This document shows, piece after piece, positions 1 through 9,523 of a DNA stretch of 61,166 bases. Within the stretch, counting starts at the first letter, position 1, and the number at the start of each line of letters is the position of its first letter. The stretch comes from a phage. The DNA lies in sequence record PZ386952.1, one strand, 5' to 3'. The translations under genes were made by a program, and so were the position numbers. The notes under the pieces are model-generated. The model saw only the letters and a program-made list of their open reading frames with translations, ran no database searches and had not been told where the DNA came from.

Positions 1-1560
1 ATGGAGCTAAACCGACAACCTGATAACATGCCGCGAGTAGTCTGGAAGCCACATCCAGGTTCACAGACACTCGCTCTATCCTGTCCTGCTGATATCATTT
101 TATACCACGGTACTCGCGGTCCTGGAAAGACGGACTGCCAGCTTATGCGTTTCCGTAAGAATGTTGGCGTAGGGTACGGTAAATTCTGGAAGGGTATTAT
201 ATTCGATCGTGAATATAAAAACCTCGATGACCTTGTAACCAAATCACAGCGTTGGTTCCCTGAATTTAAAGATGGTGCTAAATTCCTTAGCTCCAAGTCT
301 GATTATAAATGGGTTTGGCCCACTGGGGAAGAATTGCTGTTCCGTGTTGCTTGCAAAGAAAAGGATTATTGGTCTTATCATGGTCACGAATACCCGTTTA
401 TCGGATGGAACGAATTAACAAAGTATCCAGACGGGCGTTTGTTTGAAGCTATGATGTCCTGTAACCGTTCATCTTTCTTACCAGAAGATAACCCAATTAT
501 CAATCCAGATGGTACGGTCACATATTTACCAGATATTCCTCTGGAAGTGTTTGCTACCAGTAACCCGTTTGGAGCGGGGCATAACTGGGTTAAGAAACGC
601 TTCATTGACGCTGCACCGATGGGCAAAATACTCAGGAAAACTACGCGAGTGTTTAACCCGCGGACGCAGAAAGAGGAAGATGTGGTTACGACGCAATGCC
701 ATATCTTCGGATCTTATCGTGAGAACAAAAACCTAAGCCCAAAATATATTGCAGAGCTTATGTCCATCACAGACCCGAACAAACGCGCTGCATGGTTGGG
801 TGGTAGCTGGGATATCACATCCGGTGGTATGTTCGATGACCTGTGGCGTAGCACTGTTCACAAAGTACGACCATTCCCGATTCCAGCAAGTTGGAAGATT
901 ACACGTTCGTTCGACTGGGGTTCTTCAAAACCTTTCTCTGTCGGTTGGTGGGCTATTAGTGATGGCTCGGATGTTGTGCGTGAAGATGGCACTACATTCT
1001 CTACGGTCCGCGGTGACCTGTTTAGGATTAACGAATGGTATGGGACCAACGGTAAAACAAACGAAGGTCTACATTTGCTGGACTCGGAAATTGCAAGCGG
1101 TATACTGGAGCGGGAATTGGCCTGGGGTATACACGATCGTGTAGTTCCTGGCCCTGCGGATAACTCCATTTGGGATCTGGAGAACAATAACTCCACCGCT
1201 GCAACAATGGCGAAGAAAATTCGTCTTAACGGGAAGTTATACAACGGTATACATTGGAAGCGCAGTGATAAGTCTGCTGGGTCGCGTAAACGCGGATGGC
1301 AGAAAATGCGTGAGTTTCTTAAAGCTGCACTGCGGGAAGATGCGAACGGTAAACCTTTGCCCGGTCCGCGCGAGAATCCGGCAATGTACATTTTTGATAA
1401 CTGCAACTATTTCTTTGAGCTGGTTCCAAGTCTACCTCGCGATGAAGTAGATCAGGACGACGTTGATACGGAATGTGAAGACCATATGGGTGATGAAGTT
1501 CGTTATATGGTTCTGGATCAAGCTGTTTATACAGGTGTTGGCAAAACTATCGGTATTTAA
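1..1560 (+). CDS. terminase large subunit
   Basis: 519-aa ORF; Walker A-like GTRGPGKT near N-terminus; directly followed by a portal-sized ORF; ATG is at window position 1 so upstream context is not visible. Confidence 0.8.
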   Translation: MELNRQPDNMPRVVWKPHPGSQTLALSCPADIILYHGTRGPGKTDCQLMRFRKNVGVGYGKFWKGIIFDREYKNLDDLVTKSQRWFPEFKDGAKFLSSKSDYKWVWPTGEELLFRVACKEKDYWSYHGHEYPFIGWNELTKYPDGRLFEAMMSCNRSSFLPEDNPIINPDGTVTYLPDIPLEVFATSNPFGAGHNWVKKRFIDAAPMGKILRKTTRVFNPRTQKEEDVVTTQCHIFGSYRENKNLSPKYIAELMSITDPNKRAAWLGGSWDITSGGMFDDLWRSTVHKVRPFPIPASWKITRSFDWGSSKPFSVGWWAISDGSDVVREDGTTFSTVRGDLFRINEWYGTNGKTNEGLHLLDSEIASGILERELAWGIHDRVVPGPADNSIWDLENNNSTAATMAKKIRLNGKLYNGIHWKRSDKSAGSRKRGWQKMREFLKAALREDANGKPLPGPRENPAMYIFDNCNYFFELVPSLPRDEVDQDDVDTECEDHMGDEVRYMVLDQAVYTGVGKTIGI

Positions 1561-1571
1561 CTGGAGGGTAT

Positions 1572-3068
1572 ATGGGTATTGATGCAACTCACCCGCTATA
1601 TGACAAGTGGAAGGACGCATGGGTTAAGTGCAACGATTGCTATGAGGGTGAAGATAAAATTAAGGAAGAAGGTGTTAAATATTTACCGCCTTTAGCTTCC
1701 ATGATTATTGATGGGATGAATAATCCTAATGATTTGGGCTTTCAACGTTGGCTCGCTTATCGTCTGCGTGCCAACTTCCCTGACGATTATTCAAGTGCCG
1801 TTACAAACAATTTAGGTCTGCTGCACCAGAAGCCACCTACAATCCAGCTTCCTCCTGAAATGGAGTACATGCGGGAGCTGTGTACTGCGGACGGTGAAGA
1901 CATTATTGCTCTGCTACGTCGCATCAACGAAATGCAGTTAAAAAATGGACGTTTGGGCTTGCTGCTGGACTTGCCAAAAGGTGAGGATGTAAATAACAGA
2001 CCGTATATTAGCGTTTATGATGCTTTATCCATTATCAACTGGGATGATGGTAAAGATGAATTAGGCAATATCAACTTGAACATGGTTGTTCTGGATGAAA
2101 GCGGTCCTGTACGTGTCAATCAGTTTGACTGGAAAGAAGAGAAGCGTTATCGTGTTCTGCAATTAGGTCCAATGGACACAGATGAAGTTGCAGGTGGGGC
2201 GGTCTACTCTCAACATCTGTTTATTAACAATACCAATTATGATGAAGGGCAAATGATTGCTCCTTATTATAAAGGTAATACGCTGGATGAAATACCTTTC
2301 CAGTTTGTCAATACAACAGATATTACCCCAGCACCGGAAGCACCGCCATTGTTGGGTCTTGCTAACATTTGTCTAAGCATGTACCGTAGTGACGCGGATT
2401 ACCGCCAAAGCTTGCATATGCAGGGTCAGGACACCTTAGTTGTTGTTGGTGGTACTGGGGAGAATGGGGATAAAGCCCCTCAACGCATTGGTCCTGGCGC
2501 TGTCATTAACGTTGCTATTGGTGGTGACGCTAAATATGTAGGTGTTAGCGGTGACGGTTTGTCCGAGCAACGTCTCGCACTAGCAGCGGATAAGCAAGAA
2601 GCCCAAATTAAAGCCGGGCAAATGGTAAACAACACCAAGAGCACGCAGGAATCAGGCGAAGCTATGAAAACGCGTATTGCTGCGCGTACAGCTAGCCTGA
2701 TTCGAATTGCGTATACTGGTGCGGCAGGTTTGGAAAACTTGCTGAAGGTTTGCGCTAAATGGATGGGTGCTGATCCAGAGAAAGTTGTGGTTAAGCCTAA
2801 TCTTGAATTTACCAAGAGCATGTTTAACGGTCAGGACTTTGTTCAAATTATTACTGCACGCAACCTTAAAGCTCCAATCAGCTTGCAGTCTATTCATGGC
2901 TGGCTTGTTGATCAGGGCTTAACCACACTAAGCTTTGAAGAAGAAATGGCAATTCTTGAGGAAGAGCTTAAGAAGTGGCCTCTGCCTGATGATGCTAAGG
3001 CTGATTTAAACGCAGAGCAGCAAGTAAACAAAGATCCTAAGGAAGACGACGCTTCCGATAAAGAATAG
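1572..3068 (+). CDS. portal protein
   Basis: 498-aa ORF immediately downstream of terminase large subunit; size and synteny; acidic C-terminus. Confidence 0.7.
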   Translation: MGIDATHPLYDKWKDAWVKCNDCYEGEDKIKEEGVKYLPPLASMIIDGMNNPNDLGFQRWLAYRLRANFPDDYSSAVTNNLGLLHQKPPTIQLPPEMEYMRELCTADGEDIIALLRRINEMQLKNGRLGLLLDLPKGEDVNNRPYISVYDALSIINWDDGKDELGNINLNMVVLDESGPVRVNQFDWKEEKRYRVLQLGPMDTDEVAGGAVYSQHLFINNTNYDEGQMIAPYYKGNTLDEIPFQFVNTTDITPAPEAPPLLGLANICLSMYRSDADYRQSLHMQGQDTLVVVGGTGENGDKAPQRIGPGAVINVAIGGDAKYVGVSGDGLSEQRLALAADKQEAQIKAGQMVNNTKSTQESGEAMKTRIAARTASLIRIAYTGAAGLENLLKVCAKWMGADPEKVVVKPNLEFTKSMFNGQDFVQIITARNLKAPISLQSIHGWLVDQGLTTLSFEEEMAILEEELKKWPLPDDAKADLNAEQQVNKDPKEDDASDKE

Positions 3069-3163
3069 TTGCAACTTCCAAATTGATTGGTTTATATTAA
3101 CGAACACGGGGCTGGGACGGCTCAGCCCCAAAAACGTCACACGGGTGACAACGGAGATAAGAA

Positions 3164-4036
3164 ATGCAAAAGAGTTCTGTAGCTATTAGTGTTGGTCTTG
3201 CTCTAATTAATCCACGCGCTCGCGGTGAAGGTGATGTGGAATTGCAATACGAGTATGCATCCGCGGAAGAAATCCCGGCGGAATTTGCAACTCTTTACGC
3301 AGAGCAGGGCGGTAAATACGTTCTTGCAAAAGTCAAAGGTGTAGCACCTGCTGATAGCGTTCGTCGTCTGGAAAGTGCGTTAGCAAAAGAGCGTAACGAT
3401 CATCGTCAGGTGAAACAACAAATTAGCGCACTGGGGCGTCCTGTTGAAGAAGTCCTGGCGGATTTGGATCGTATCCCTGAGCTGGAAGCTGCTGCTAACG
3501 GTAAAGGCAATCCGGAAGACATTGAGAAGATGGTCAAAGCCCGTCTTGCTCCGCTTGAGCGCCAATTGCAAACTGTTATCACCGAGCGTGACACGGTTAA
3601 GCAGGAAATTGAAGGTTACCGCACTCGCGAAACTAAAGCGAAGATTAAAGATGCAGTTATTGCCGCTGCTTCTGGTGCTAAATTGCGTCCATCTGCTATC
3701 GAAGATGCTGTAACTTATGCACAGTTGCAGATGACCGTCGACGAGAATGGCAATGTGGTTACGAAAGATGGGGCTGGTGTAACTCCTTACCTGACTCCGG
3801 CGGATTGGCTGAACGAAATCCTTCCGAAACGTCCGCACTGGGTTGAAGGCTCTGCTGGTGGCGGTGCATCTGGTCCTGGCGCTGGCGGTCATCACGGTGA
3901 AGACCCGTACAGTCACGATGGTTGGAACATCTCTAAGCAGATGAACCTCTGGAAAACTAATCAATCTTTAGCTAAACGCTTAGCTGAAAAGAATGGCGTA
4001 GACCCGCTGAAGCCTGTACGTCCTGCTAAGAAATAA
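3164..4036 (+). CDS. scaffolding-like / head morphogenesis protein
   Basis: 290-aa charged, helix-rich ORF between portal and major capsid genes; RBS GGAGA upstream; Gly-rich C-terminal segment. Confidence 0.45.
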   Translation: MQKSSVAISVGLALINPRARGEGDVELQYEYASAEEIPAEFATLYAEQGGKYVLAKVKGVAPADSVRRLESALAKERNDHRQVKQQISALGRPVEEVLADLDRIPELEAAANGKGNPEDIEKMVKARLAPLERQLQTVITERDTVKQEIEGYRTRETKAKIKDAVIAAASGAKLRPSAIEDAVTYAQLQMTVDENGNVVTKDGAGVTPYLTPADWLNEILPKRPHWVEGSAGGGASGPGAGGHHGEDPYSHDGWNISKQMNLWKTNQSLAKRLAEKNGVDPLKPVRPAKK

Positions 4037-4037
4037 G

Positions 4038-4066
4038 TTGACATCCCGACGTCCCTGATGTTAAGT
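4038..4066 (+). promoter_or_regulatory. candidate sigma70-type promoter upstream of major capsid gene
   Basis: TTGACA (4038-4043), 17-nt spacer, TTAAGT (4061-4066); a 9-bp stem-loop (4052-4060 / 4074-4082) overlaps spacer and 5'UTR. Confidence 0.3.
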
Positions 4067-4158
4067 TTCAACACATCAGGGACACGGGTTCCTAAACAGC
4101 CTTCCACGGGGAAAGGCTACCAACAGTAAACAAATCAATCCTTTTCCTGGAGACAAGT

Positions 4159-5220
4159 ATGTCTAAATCTAAAATTATTCTACCATTTGGTCGTGGTGAA
4201 ACTGACCTGACTCGTTTGAAGGATGTCATTGTCCCTGAGATCTTCACTGGTTATGTGCAGACGCAGACTGCTGAACTTTCTGCTCTGATTCAATCCGGTG
4301 CGGTTGTAATGGACGAGCGTTTATCTGCTAACCTTGCTGGTGCAGGTCTGACTTTTAACGAGCCATTCTATAATGACCTGAAAGACGAAGACGAAGATAT
4401 TGCGATCGATAAAGGTGCTCCGTCCAAACCGTCAAACATCACTACCGGATCTGAAGTTCAGGTTCGTATGAGTCGTTCAAAATCCTGGGGTTCTGCGGAT
4501 CTGGTATCTGCTTTGATTGGTAACGACCCAATGACCGCTATCGGTAATCGCGTGTCTGCGTGGTGGGTTCGCCGTCTGCAAGCTGCATACATTGCAACCT
4601 GGAAAGGTGTATTTGCTAATGCGAAGAAATCCCATAACGACGATTTAACTTTCGATATTTCTGGCGAGTCCTTTACGAATAACCAGACCAACTTTACCGC
4701 GTCTAACTTCATCAACGCAACGGCAACGATGGGTGATGCTGCTCGCGGTCTGACCATGATTATGGTACACTCTACCGTTCGTAACCGTATGCGTCAGTTG
4801 AACCTGATCGACTTCATTCCGGATGCTCGCGGTGAAACTCAGTTTGAGTATTATCAGGGTCTGCGTATTATTGAAGACGACTCCATGCCTCACAATCCGA
4901 CTACTGGTATCTTTGAAAGCTGGCTGTTCGGCCCGGGCGCTACCGCAATGGGTGCTGGTTCACCGAAAGTACCGACTGCGGTTGTTCGTGACGAAGCTGC
5001 TAACAATGGCGCTGGTGAAGAAGTTCTTCACAACCGTGTTGAATGGATTCTGCATCCAGTCGGTCATGCTTGGGCTGCTGCTCAAACTGCTAAAGGTGGT
5101 CCGTCTAACGCTGCAACTACTAACAACCTGGCCCATGCAGATTCCTGGCGTCGTGCGTTCCCTGAGCGCAAGCAGCTTAAAGTTGCTCGCCTGATTACTC
5201 GTGAGTATCAGGGTTCCTAA
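4159..5220 (+). CDS. major capsid protein
   Basis: 353-aa ORF after scaffold-like gene; followed by a strong intrinsic terminator; position and size typical of HK97-fold major capsid proteins. Confidence 0.75.
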   Translation: MSKSKIILPFGRGETDLTRLKDVIVPEIFTGYVQTQTAELSALIQSGAVVMDERLSANLAGAGLTFNEPFYNDLKDEDEDIAIDKGAPSKPSNITTGSEVQVRMSRSKSWGSADLVSALIGNDPMTAIGNRVSAWWVRRLQAAYIATWKGVFANAKKSHNDDLTFDISGESFTNNQTNFTASNFINATATMGDAARGLTMIMVHSTVRNRMRQLNLIDFIPDARGETQFEYYQGLRIIEDDSMPHNPTTGIFESWLFGPGATAMGAGSPKVPTAVVRDEAANNGAGEEVLHNRVEWILHPVGHAWAAAQTAKGGPSNAATTNNLAHADSWRRAFPERKQLKVARLITREYQGS

Positions 5221-5251
5221 GGCTTCACTCAACGCCGCGCTGTAGTATTTT

Positions 5252-5277
5252 GGGGACATTTATGTCCCCTCTTTTTT
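5252..5277 (+). terminator. rho-independent terminator
   Basis: GGGGACA-TTTA-TGTCCCC hairpin followed by TCTTTTTT. Confidence 0.7.
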
Positions 5278-5289
5278 AGGAGAACAACC

Positions 5290-5613
5290 ATGCGTTATCA
5301 ACGTTATGAACGACACGACTTGATGGAAAAATCGTTGCAGGTGGAGCCAATTTCGATTACTCTCGATCCTGCTAAGATTGACACCACAACTTCAGAAGTA
5401 AAGACGGTTACTGTTAAAATAAACTTTGTCCCGGGCGGAACTACAAACAAAGCGTATAGCGCGTCAGTTGACGGTTCCTCTGCTACAATTAAAGATAACG
5501 GGGACGGTACAATTACTGTAACCACAACCGAAAGCAGTGGTACTTCAAACTTGACAGTAACGTCCAAGGCAAAGGATAGTGTTACTGGTAAATGTGTTAT
5601 TAATGTGACCTAA
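5290..5613 (+). CDS. Ig-like (Big_2-like) domain protein, candidate head decoration
   Basis: 107 aa, Thr/Val-rich beta-strand pattern typical of bacterial Ig-like domains; RBS AGGAGA; just after capsid gene. Confidence 0.5.
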   Translation: MRYQRYERHDLMEKSLQVEPISITLDPAKIDTTTSEVKTVTVKINFVPGGTTNKAYSASVDGSSATIKDNGDGTITVTTTESSGTSNLTVTSKAKDSVTGKCVINVT

Positions 5614-5629
5614 AAATAAGGATTAAACA

Positions 5630-6283
5630 ATGAAGACATTAATTGAAGCACTGTTAGAACTTGATCCGGATAACCCGAATCATTGGACCAGCGATGGCTT
5701 ACCTAAAGTTGACGCTCTGCGGTTCGCTACCGCTAACCCGTCTTTAACCCGCGACGATATTACAACTGCCGCTCCGCTGTTTACCCGCGATAACCGCGTG
5801 CTGGAAGAGCCAGAACCAGTGGAACCTGTTAAATCTGCTGATCCAGTTTTACATGAAGCTGTCAAACAGGAGAAAGCTCATGAAGAACAAAAGAAAGTCG
5901 CGGTTGCAACGATGCAAATTGAAGTTAAGATTAGCGAAGCACTGCGTGCTCTTCTGGAGCCGGAAAAAATCGGTGACACTTCCAGCCTAAGCGATGAAGA
6001 GCTAAAAGCGAAGAGCGAAAAGCTTAGCAATGTGGTCAAAGAGATTGCTCACACCAAGCACGCGCTGGAGCTTGCTATTGCAGACGTTCAATCGGATCTG
6101 GATAAGATTATCGTTGAGCAGGAGCGTCGTCGTCCTAAGTCCGGTCTTACTGCAACTCAGATGTATCTTGAAGCGCAGAAAAAACGTAAACCTGAAGACA
6201 TGCTTTCCGACCATCGCTTCCAGAACCCTATTGACGATCCGGTTGCCCGTATGGTTGCACGTAATATGATGCGTCGAGGTTAA
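5630..6283 (+). CDS. hypothetical head-associated protein
   Basis: 217-aa ORF with RBS, in head module; no motif recognised. Confidence 0.4.
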   Translation: MKTLIEALLELDPDNPNHWTSDGLPKVDALRFATANPSLTRDDITTAAPLFTRDNRVLEEPEPVEPVKSADPVLHEAVKQEKAHEEQKKVAVATMQIEVKISEALRALLEPEKIGDTSSLSDEELKAKSEKLSNVVKEIAHTKHALELAIADVQSDLDKIIVEQERRRPKSGLTATQMYLEAQKKRKPEDMLSDHRFQNPIDDPVARMVARNMMRRG

Positions 6284-6337
6284 CCATGGAAATGAGCCAT
6301 AGACAATATGTGTTGTGGCTCCTCCGACGTAATAGAA

Positions 6338-6367
6338 AACGGCGTCAAGAAGACGCCGTTTCTGTTC
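6338..6367 (+). terminator. candidate terminator / stem-loop
   Basis: AACGGCGTC-AAGAA-GACGCCGTT perfect 9-bp stem followed by TCTGTTCC (weak U-tract). Confidence 0.3.
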
Positions 6368-6421
6368 CTGAAGAAGAGCTCCCGCCGCTTATCCCTACAA
6401 CCATCGCAATGAGGAAGAAAG

Positions 6422-6928
6422 ATGGAGATTCCACTGATAGTTGAAGATGGTACTGGTGTACCGGACGCCAATAGCTACATCACCATTGAACAAGCTCGAA
6501 CTTATGCAGCAATGCGAGGTATTGTTCTTCCAAGTGATGATGAAGATTTAAAGACAAAGATCTTCGACGCTATGGATTTTGTGGAAGGATACGGTCAACG
6601 GTTTAAGGGTTACAAAATGGACCCACAGCAACCGCTAAATTGGCCACGCTACGGGGTGTTTGTGGACGGGTTCGAGCTACCCCAAAGCCCTTTGCCAAAG
6701 GCGCTTATAAACGCGGTTTGCCAGCTTACAGCGGACTCAGCCACTGGCGGTCCTCTTAATGGAAAAACTACTGCATATGCAGTCAAAAGAACTAAAGTAG
6801 AAGGTCTTGAGATTGAATACGCAACTGGTAGTACCGCGCAATCCGGACCAGCAAAGACTTACGATAAAGCAATGACGTTTTTATCACCTTTGCTGGGTTA
6901 TCAAATGGGTAACAGATTAATACGGTGA
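6422..6928 (+). CDS. head-tail connector / adaptor protein
   Basis: 168 aa; N-terminal segment YITIEQARTYAAMRG resembles gp6-like head-tail connector signature; synteny. Confidence 0.5.
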   Translation: MEIPLIVEDGTGVPDANSYITIEQARTYAAMRGIVLPSDDEDLKTKIFDAMDFVEGYGQRFKGYKMDPQQPLNWPRYGVFVDGFELPQSPLPKALINAVCQLTADSATGGPLNGKTTAYAVKRTKVEGLEIEYATGSTAQSGPAKTYDKAMTFLSPLLGYQMGNRLIR

Positions 6929-6931
6929 TTT

Positions 6932-7312
6932 ATGAGCTTTCCTTATGAGCAGTTAGTTGAAGCTGCAAAGCAAATGATCAACGACGCTGGCGTGAACTGC
7001 ACCCTTGTAGTCATGGAAGAAGGAGAAGGTCAAGATGAGTGGGACGATCCTAGTGTTGAAAAACGCTACCCATTTATCGGAGCTTTCCTTTCTCCGAAGG
7101 AAAAAATGATCGGTGGGAGTCTTGTTGCCGCTGGCGAATTGAAAGTCCTAACCTATCCAATGACTCCACCATTGACACGCGATAAAGCAATGACTGCACG
7201 CATTGAGCGTATGTCTCCTGATGGTGAGTTGGAAGTATGGACAATTAACGAGTTCGTTGATACAAGACCTGCTAATGTTTCTGTTCTTTATACTTTCAAG
7301 GTGACGAGATAA
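6932..7312 (+). CDS. head-tail joining protein candidate
   Basis: 126-aa ORF tightly packed in connector region; synteny only. Confidence 0.4.
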   Translation: MSFPYEQLVEAAKQMINDAGVNCTLVVMEEGEGQDEWDDPSVEKRYPFIGAFLSPKEKMIGGSLVAAGELKVLTYPMTPPLTRDKAMTARIERMSPDGELEVWTINEFVDTRPANVSVLYTFKVTR

Positions 7313-7719
7313 TGGGATTCGGGGCGGATATACGGCGTGCAAGTCAAAAGGTGCTTGTCCAGACTGGGGAGCAAGCCAAAAAGGTTGTTGTCAAGTTCAC
7401 GGAGAATGTAATTCAGGATACTCCTGTTAAGACCGGACGTACAAAAGGCGGTTGGCGTTCATCCATTGGTGCACCATATGCGACGGAAACTATCCGCCTC
7501 GATCCTACTGGGGAGTTAGCTAAAGCGGAAGCTAGGGTTATCGTAAGACAGTTGCCAGATGATAAAGACTGGACTTTCTACTTTAGCAACTTAACCCCTT
7601 ATGCTCCGAAACTTGAATATCTTGGTTGGTCGCAGCAAGCGCCAAATGGCATGGTGCGTATTAACGTAGCGAAGCTTCCAATGTTGATACGCCAAGCTAT
7701 TGTAGAAGGAAAACTATAA
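7312..7719 (+). CDS. neck / tail completion protein candidate
   Basis: 135-aa ORF, start overlaps previous stop (ATGA); synteny only. Confidence 0.4.
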   Translation: MGFGADIRRASQKVLVQTGEQAKKVVVKFTENVIQDTPVKTGRTKGGWRSSIGAPYATETIRLDPTGELAKAEARVIVRQLPDDKDWTFYFSNLTPYAPKLEYLGWSQQAPNGMVRINVAKLPMLIRQAIVEGKL

Positions 7720-8168
7720 TGCTGGGATACGATTTTATCAATGACGCATTTAATAAGATGCTTCGCGAAGCCGTTGGACCGGATATCGGTATAGCTTGGA
7801 AGAACAAGAAGTTTACACCCAAAGCGAATCAGATGTGGTTAAAGGCAATCAACGCACCTGCATCCACATACGCAGCAACGTTAGGTGACAACGGTCTGAA
7901 TGAAATTCCAGGATTCTATCAAGTCACAGTGTACAGTCCGTTAAACACTGGAACGTCTAAACAGAATCAAATCTTGGATTCCATTCGGAAAAAGTTTAAA
8001 CTGGGCTTGCGTATCCAGTGCCCGGATGACCACACGATACGAATTGTCAGCTTAGACTTTTCGCAGGGTGGACAAACTTCGCTGAATGATTTTACCAAAG
8101 GCGGGGTTGAAGACAACTGGGACGTTAACTTTATTACAATCTATTGGTCGGCTCGTGAGCCGAGGTAA
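7719..8168 (+). CDS. tail terminator protein candidate
   Basis: 149-aa ORF immediately upstream of major tail protein; synteny only. Confidence 0.4.
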   Translation: MLGYDFINDAFNKMLREAVGPDIGIAWKNKKFTPKANQMWLKAINAPASTYAATLGDNGLNEIPGFYQVTVYSPLNTGTSKQNQILDSIRKKFKLGLRIQCPDDHTIRIVSLDFSQGGQTSLNDFTKGGVEDNWDVNFITIYWSAREPR

Positions 8169-8182
8169 GAGAGGATCTAAAT

Positions 8183-9106
8183 ATGGCTACAGGTTCACGT
8201 TATTCGTGTTGTTACGTCAAAGAAGATGTGAGCAACACAACTCCAGCAAGCGCGAAGTTTACCCCGTTTCGTGTAACGAGTTCCGGTCTGGATATTAACA
8301 TTGCAACGCTGGAGTCTGAAGAACTGCGTGATGACGCAGAAACCGCAGACTTCCGTCTTGGCGCTCGAAGCGTTGAAGGTACGGTAACGGGCGAAATGTC
8401 CTTCGGTACGTTTGACGACCTCATTGCGGCAGCGCTGCGCGGTGAATGGCAGGAGAACGTCCTTAAAGGTGGTATTGCTCGCCAGTCATTTACTTTTGTA
8501 GACTATAACGCAGATCTGCCATCAGGTAAATACACAATCTATCGCGGTTGTGAAGTTAACAGCATGACTTTCGCATTGTCAGCTGAAAACATGACCACAG
8601 TAGAGTTTGGTATTGTTGGTCGTTCCATGGAAATTGCTGAATCACTTCCTGCCGGTGCTTCCATTAAACCTCGTACAACTTCTTCACCGATGGACGGCTT
8701 CTCCGGTAGCTTGCTGGAAGGCGGTCAGGAAATTAGCGTTATTACGGAAATTGGTCTTACCGTTGAAAACGATATCTCCCCGCGCTTCGTTGTTGGCTCG
8801 AAGTTCTCCATTGAACCGTCTGCTGGTCGCCGTGCTGTAACTGGTACAGCTAACGTTTACTTCCTGGATAACAAACTGCGTAAGAAGTATCTGGATGAAG
8901 TGGAAACCTCAATCAAGTTTGATCTGATTGACCCAAGCAATCCGCAACAAAAATACACTGTGGAAATCCCTCGCGTGAAATTCACTGAAGCTCCACGCCC
9001 TATTGACGGTGAAGGGGATATCATGCTTAATATGGGCTACCGCGGATTGCTGGACCCAACAACCGCAAGTTCCATCAAAATTACCCGCGTTGTAGCGGGA
9101 GGATAA
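8183..9106 (+). CDS. major tail protein
   Basis: 307-aa ORF with RBS AGAGAGGA, directly upstream of chaperone/frameshift and tape measure genes. Confidence 0.6.
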   Translation: MATGSRYSCCYVKEDVSNTTPASAKFTPFRVTSSGLDINIATLESEELRDDAETADFRLGARSVEGTVTGEMSFGTFDDLIAAALRGEWQENVLKGGIARQSFTFVDYNADLPSGKYTIYRGCEVNSMTFALSAENMTTVEFGIVGRSMEIAESLPAGASIKPRTTSSPMDGFSGSLLEGGQEISVITEIGLTVENDISPRFVVGSKFSIEPSAGRRAVTGTANVYFLDNKLRKKYLDEVETSIKFDLIDPSNPQQKYTVEIPRVKFTEAPRPIDGEGDIMLNMGYRGLLDPTTASSIKITRVVAGG

Positions 9107-9115
9107 GGATAAGAA

Positions 9116-9523
9116 ATGACCGACACCAAAAAAGCCAAAGTTGCAGTAGCTAAAAGCTTTCGTGATTTTAAAACTGTGAGCCGGGCAAATGATCCGGCAA
9201 ACACTAAGCCTATGAATGTGGTTATTCCTGGTGTAGGCGACACTGGCGAAAAACTCTACATTCGTAGCCGCTACTGCACAGAGTACCGTGATGCTGAACT
9301 GAAAGCGCAACGTCAACTGTTGGCACTTATGCAGGGTAAAGACGGTGAAGTAACAGATGCTATGAAGGAAGACATCCTTACCCGTTCACTGTGTAACCTT
9401 GTAGCAGGTTGGACATTTGATGAGCCGCCGACTGTTGACAACGTGTTTGAGTTCTTAACGGAGAACCCAACTGTTCGAGAAGATCTTAACGTATTTGCCG
9501 CTAAAGATAGTAATTTTTTCTAA
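9116..9523 (+). CDS. tail assembly chaperone (lambda G-like)
   Basis: 135-aa ORF between major tail and tape measure genes; ends DSNFF* inside a slippery U-run. Confidence 0.65.
   Translation: MTDTKKAKVAVAKSFRDFKTVSRANDPANTKPMNVVIPGVGDTGEKLYIRSRYCTEYRDAELKAQRQLLALMQGKDGEVTDAMKEDILTRSLCNLVAGWTFDEPPTVDNVFEFLTENPTVREDLNVFAAKDSNFF
9514..9520 (+). promoter_or_regulatory. -1 ribosomal frameshift slippery heptamer T_TTT_TTC
   Basis: X_XXY_YYZ heptamer in the zero frame of the chaperone ORF, 1 nt before its stop codon. Confidence 0.6.

Noticed and set aside
384-1406. Antisense ORFs inside the terminase gene (384-626, 858-1406) and similar internal ORFs inside tape measure, tail fiber, DNA polymerase, helicase and primase
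   Set aside because: Fully nested within large genes that have clear motifs, with no RBS and odd composition; typical six-frame noise.
3108-3129. Hairpin GGGGCTG-GGACGGCT-CAGCCCC between portal and scaffold genes as a terminator
   Set aside because: It is followed by an A-run rather than a U-tract on the + strand and no clean U-tract on the - strand; more likely an RNA-structure element.
6286-6441. 51-codon basic ORF in the 6284-6421 gap
   Set aside because: Weak RBS, and it spans a terminator-like hairpin and overlaps the next gene start; probably non-coding.
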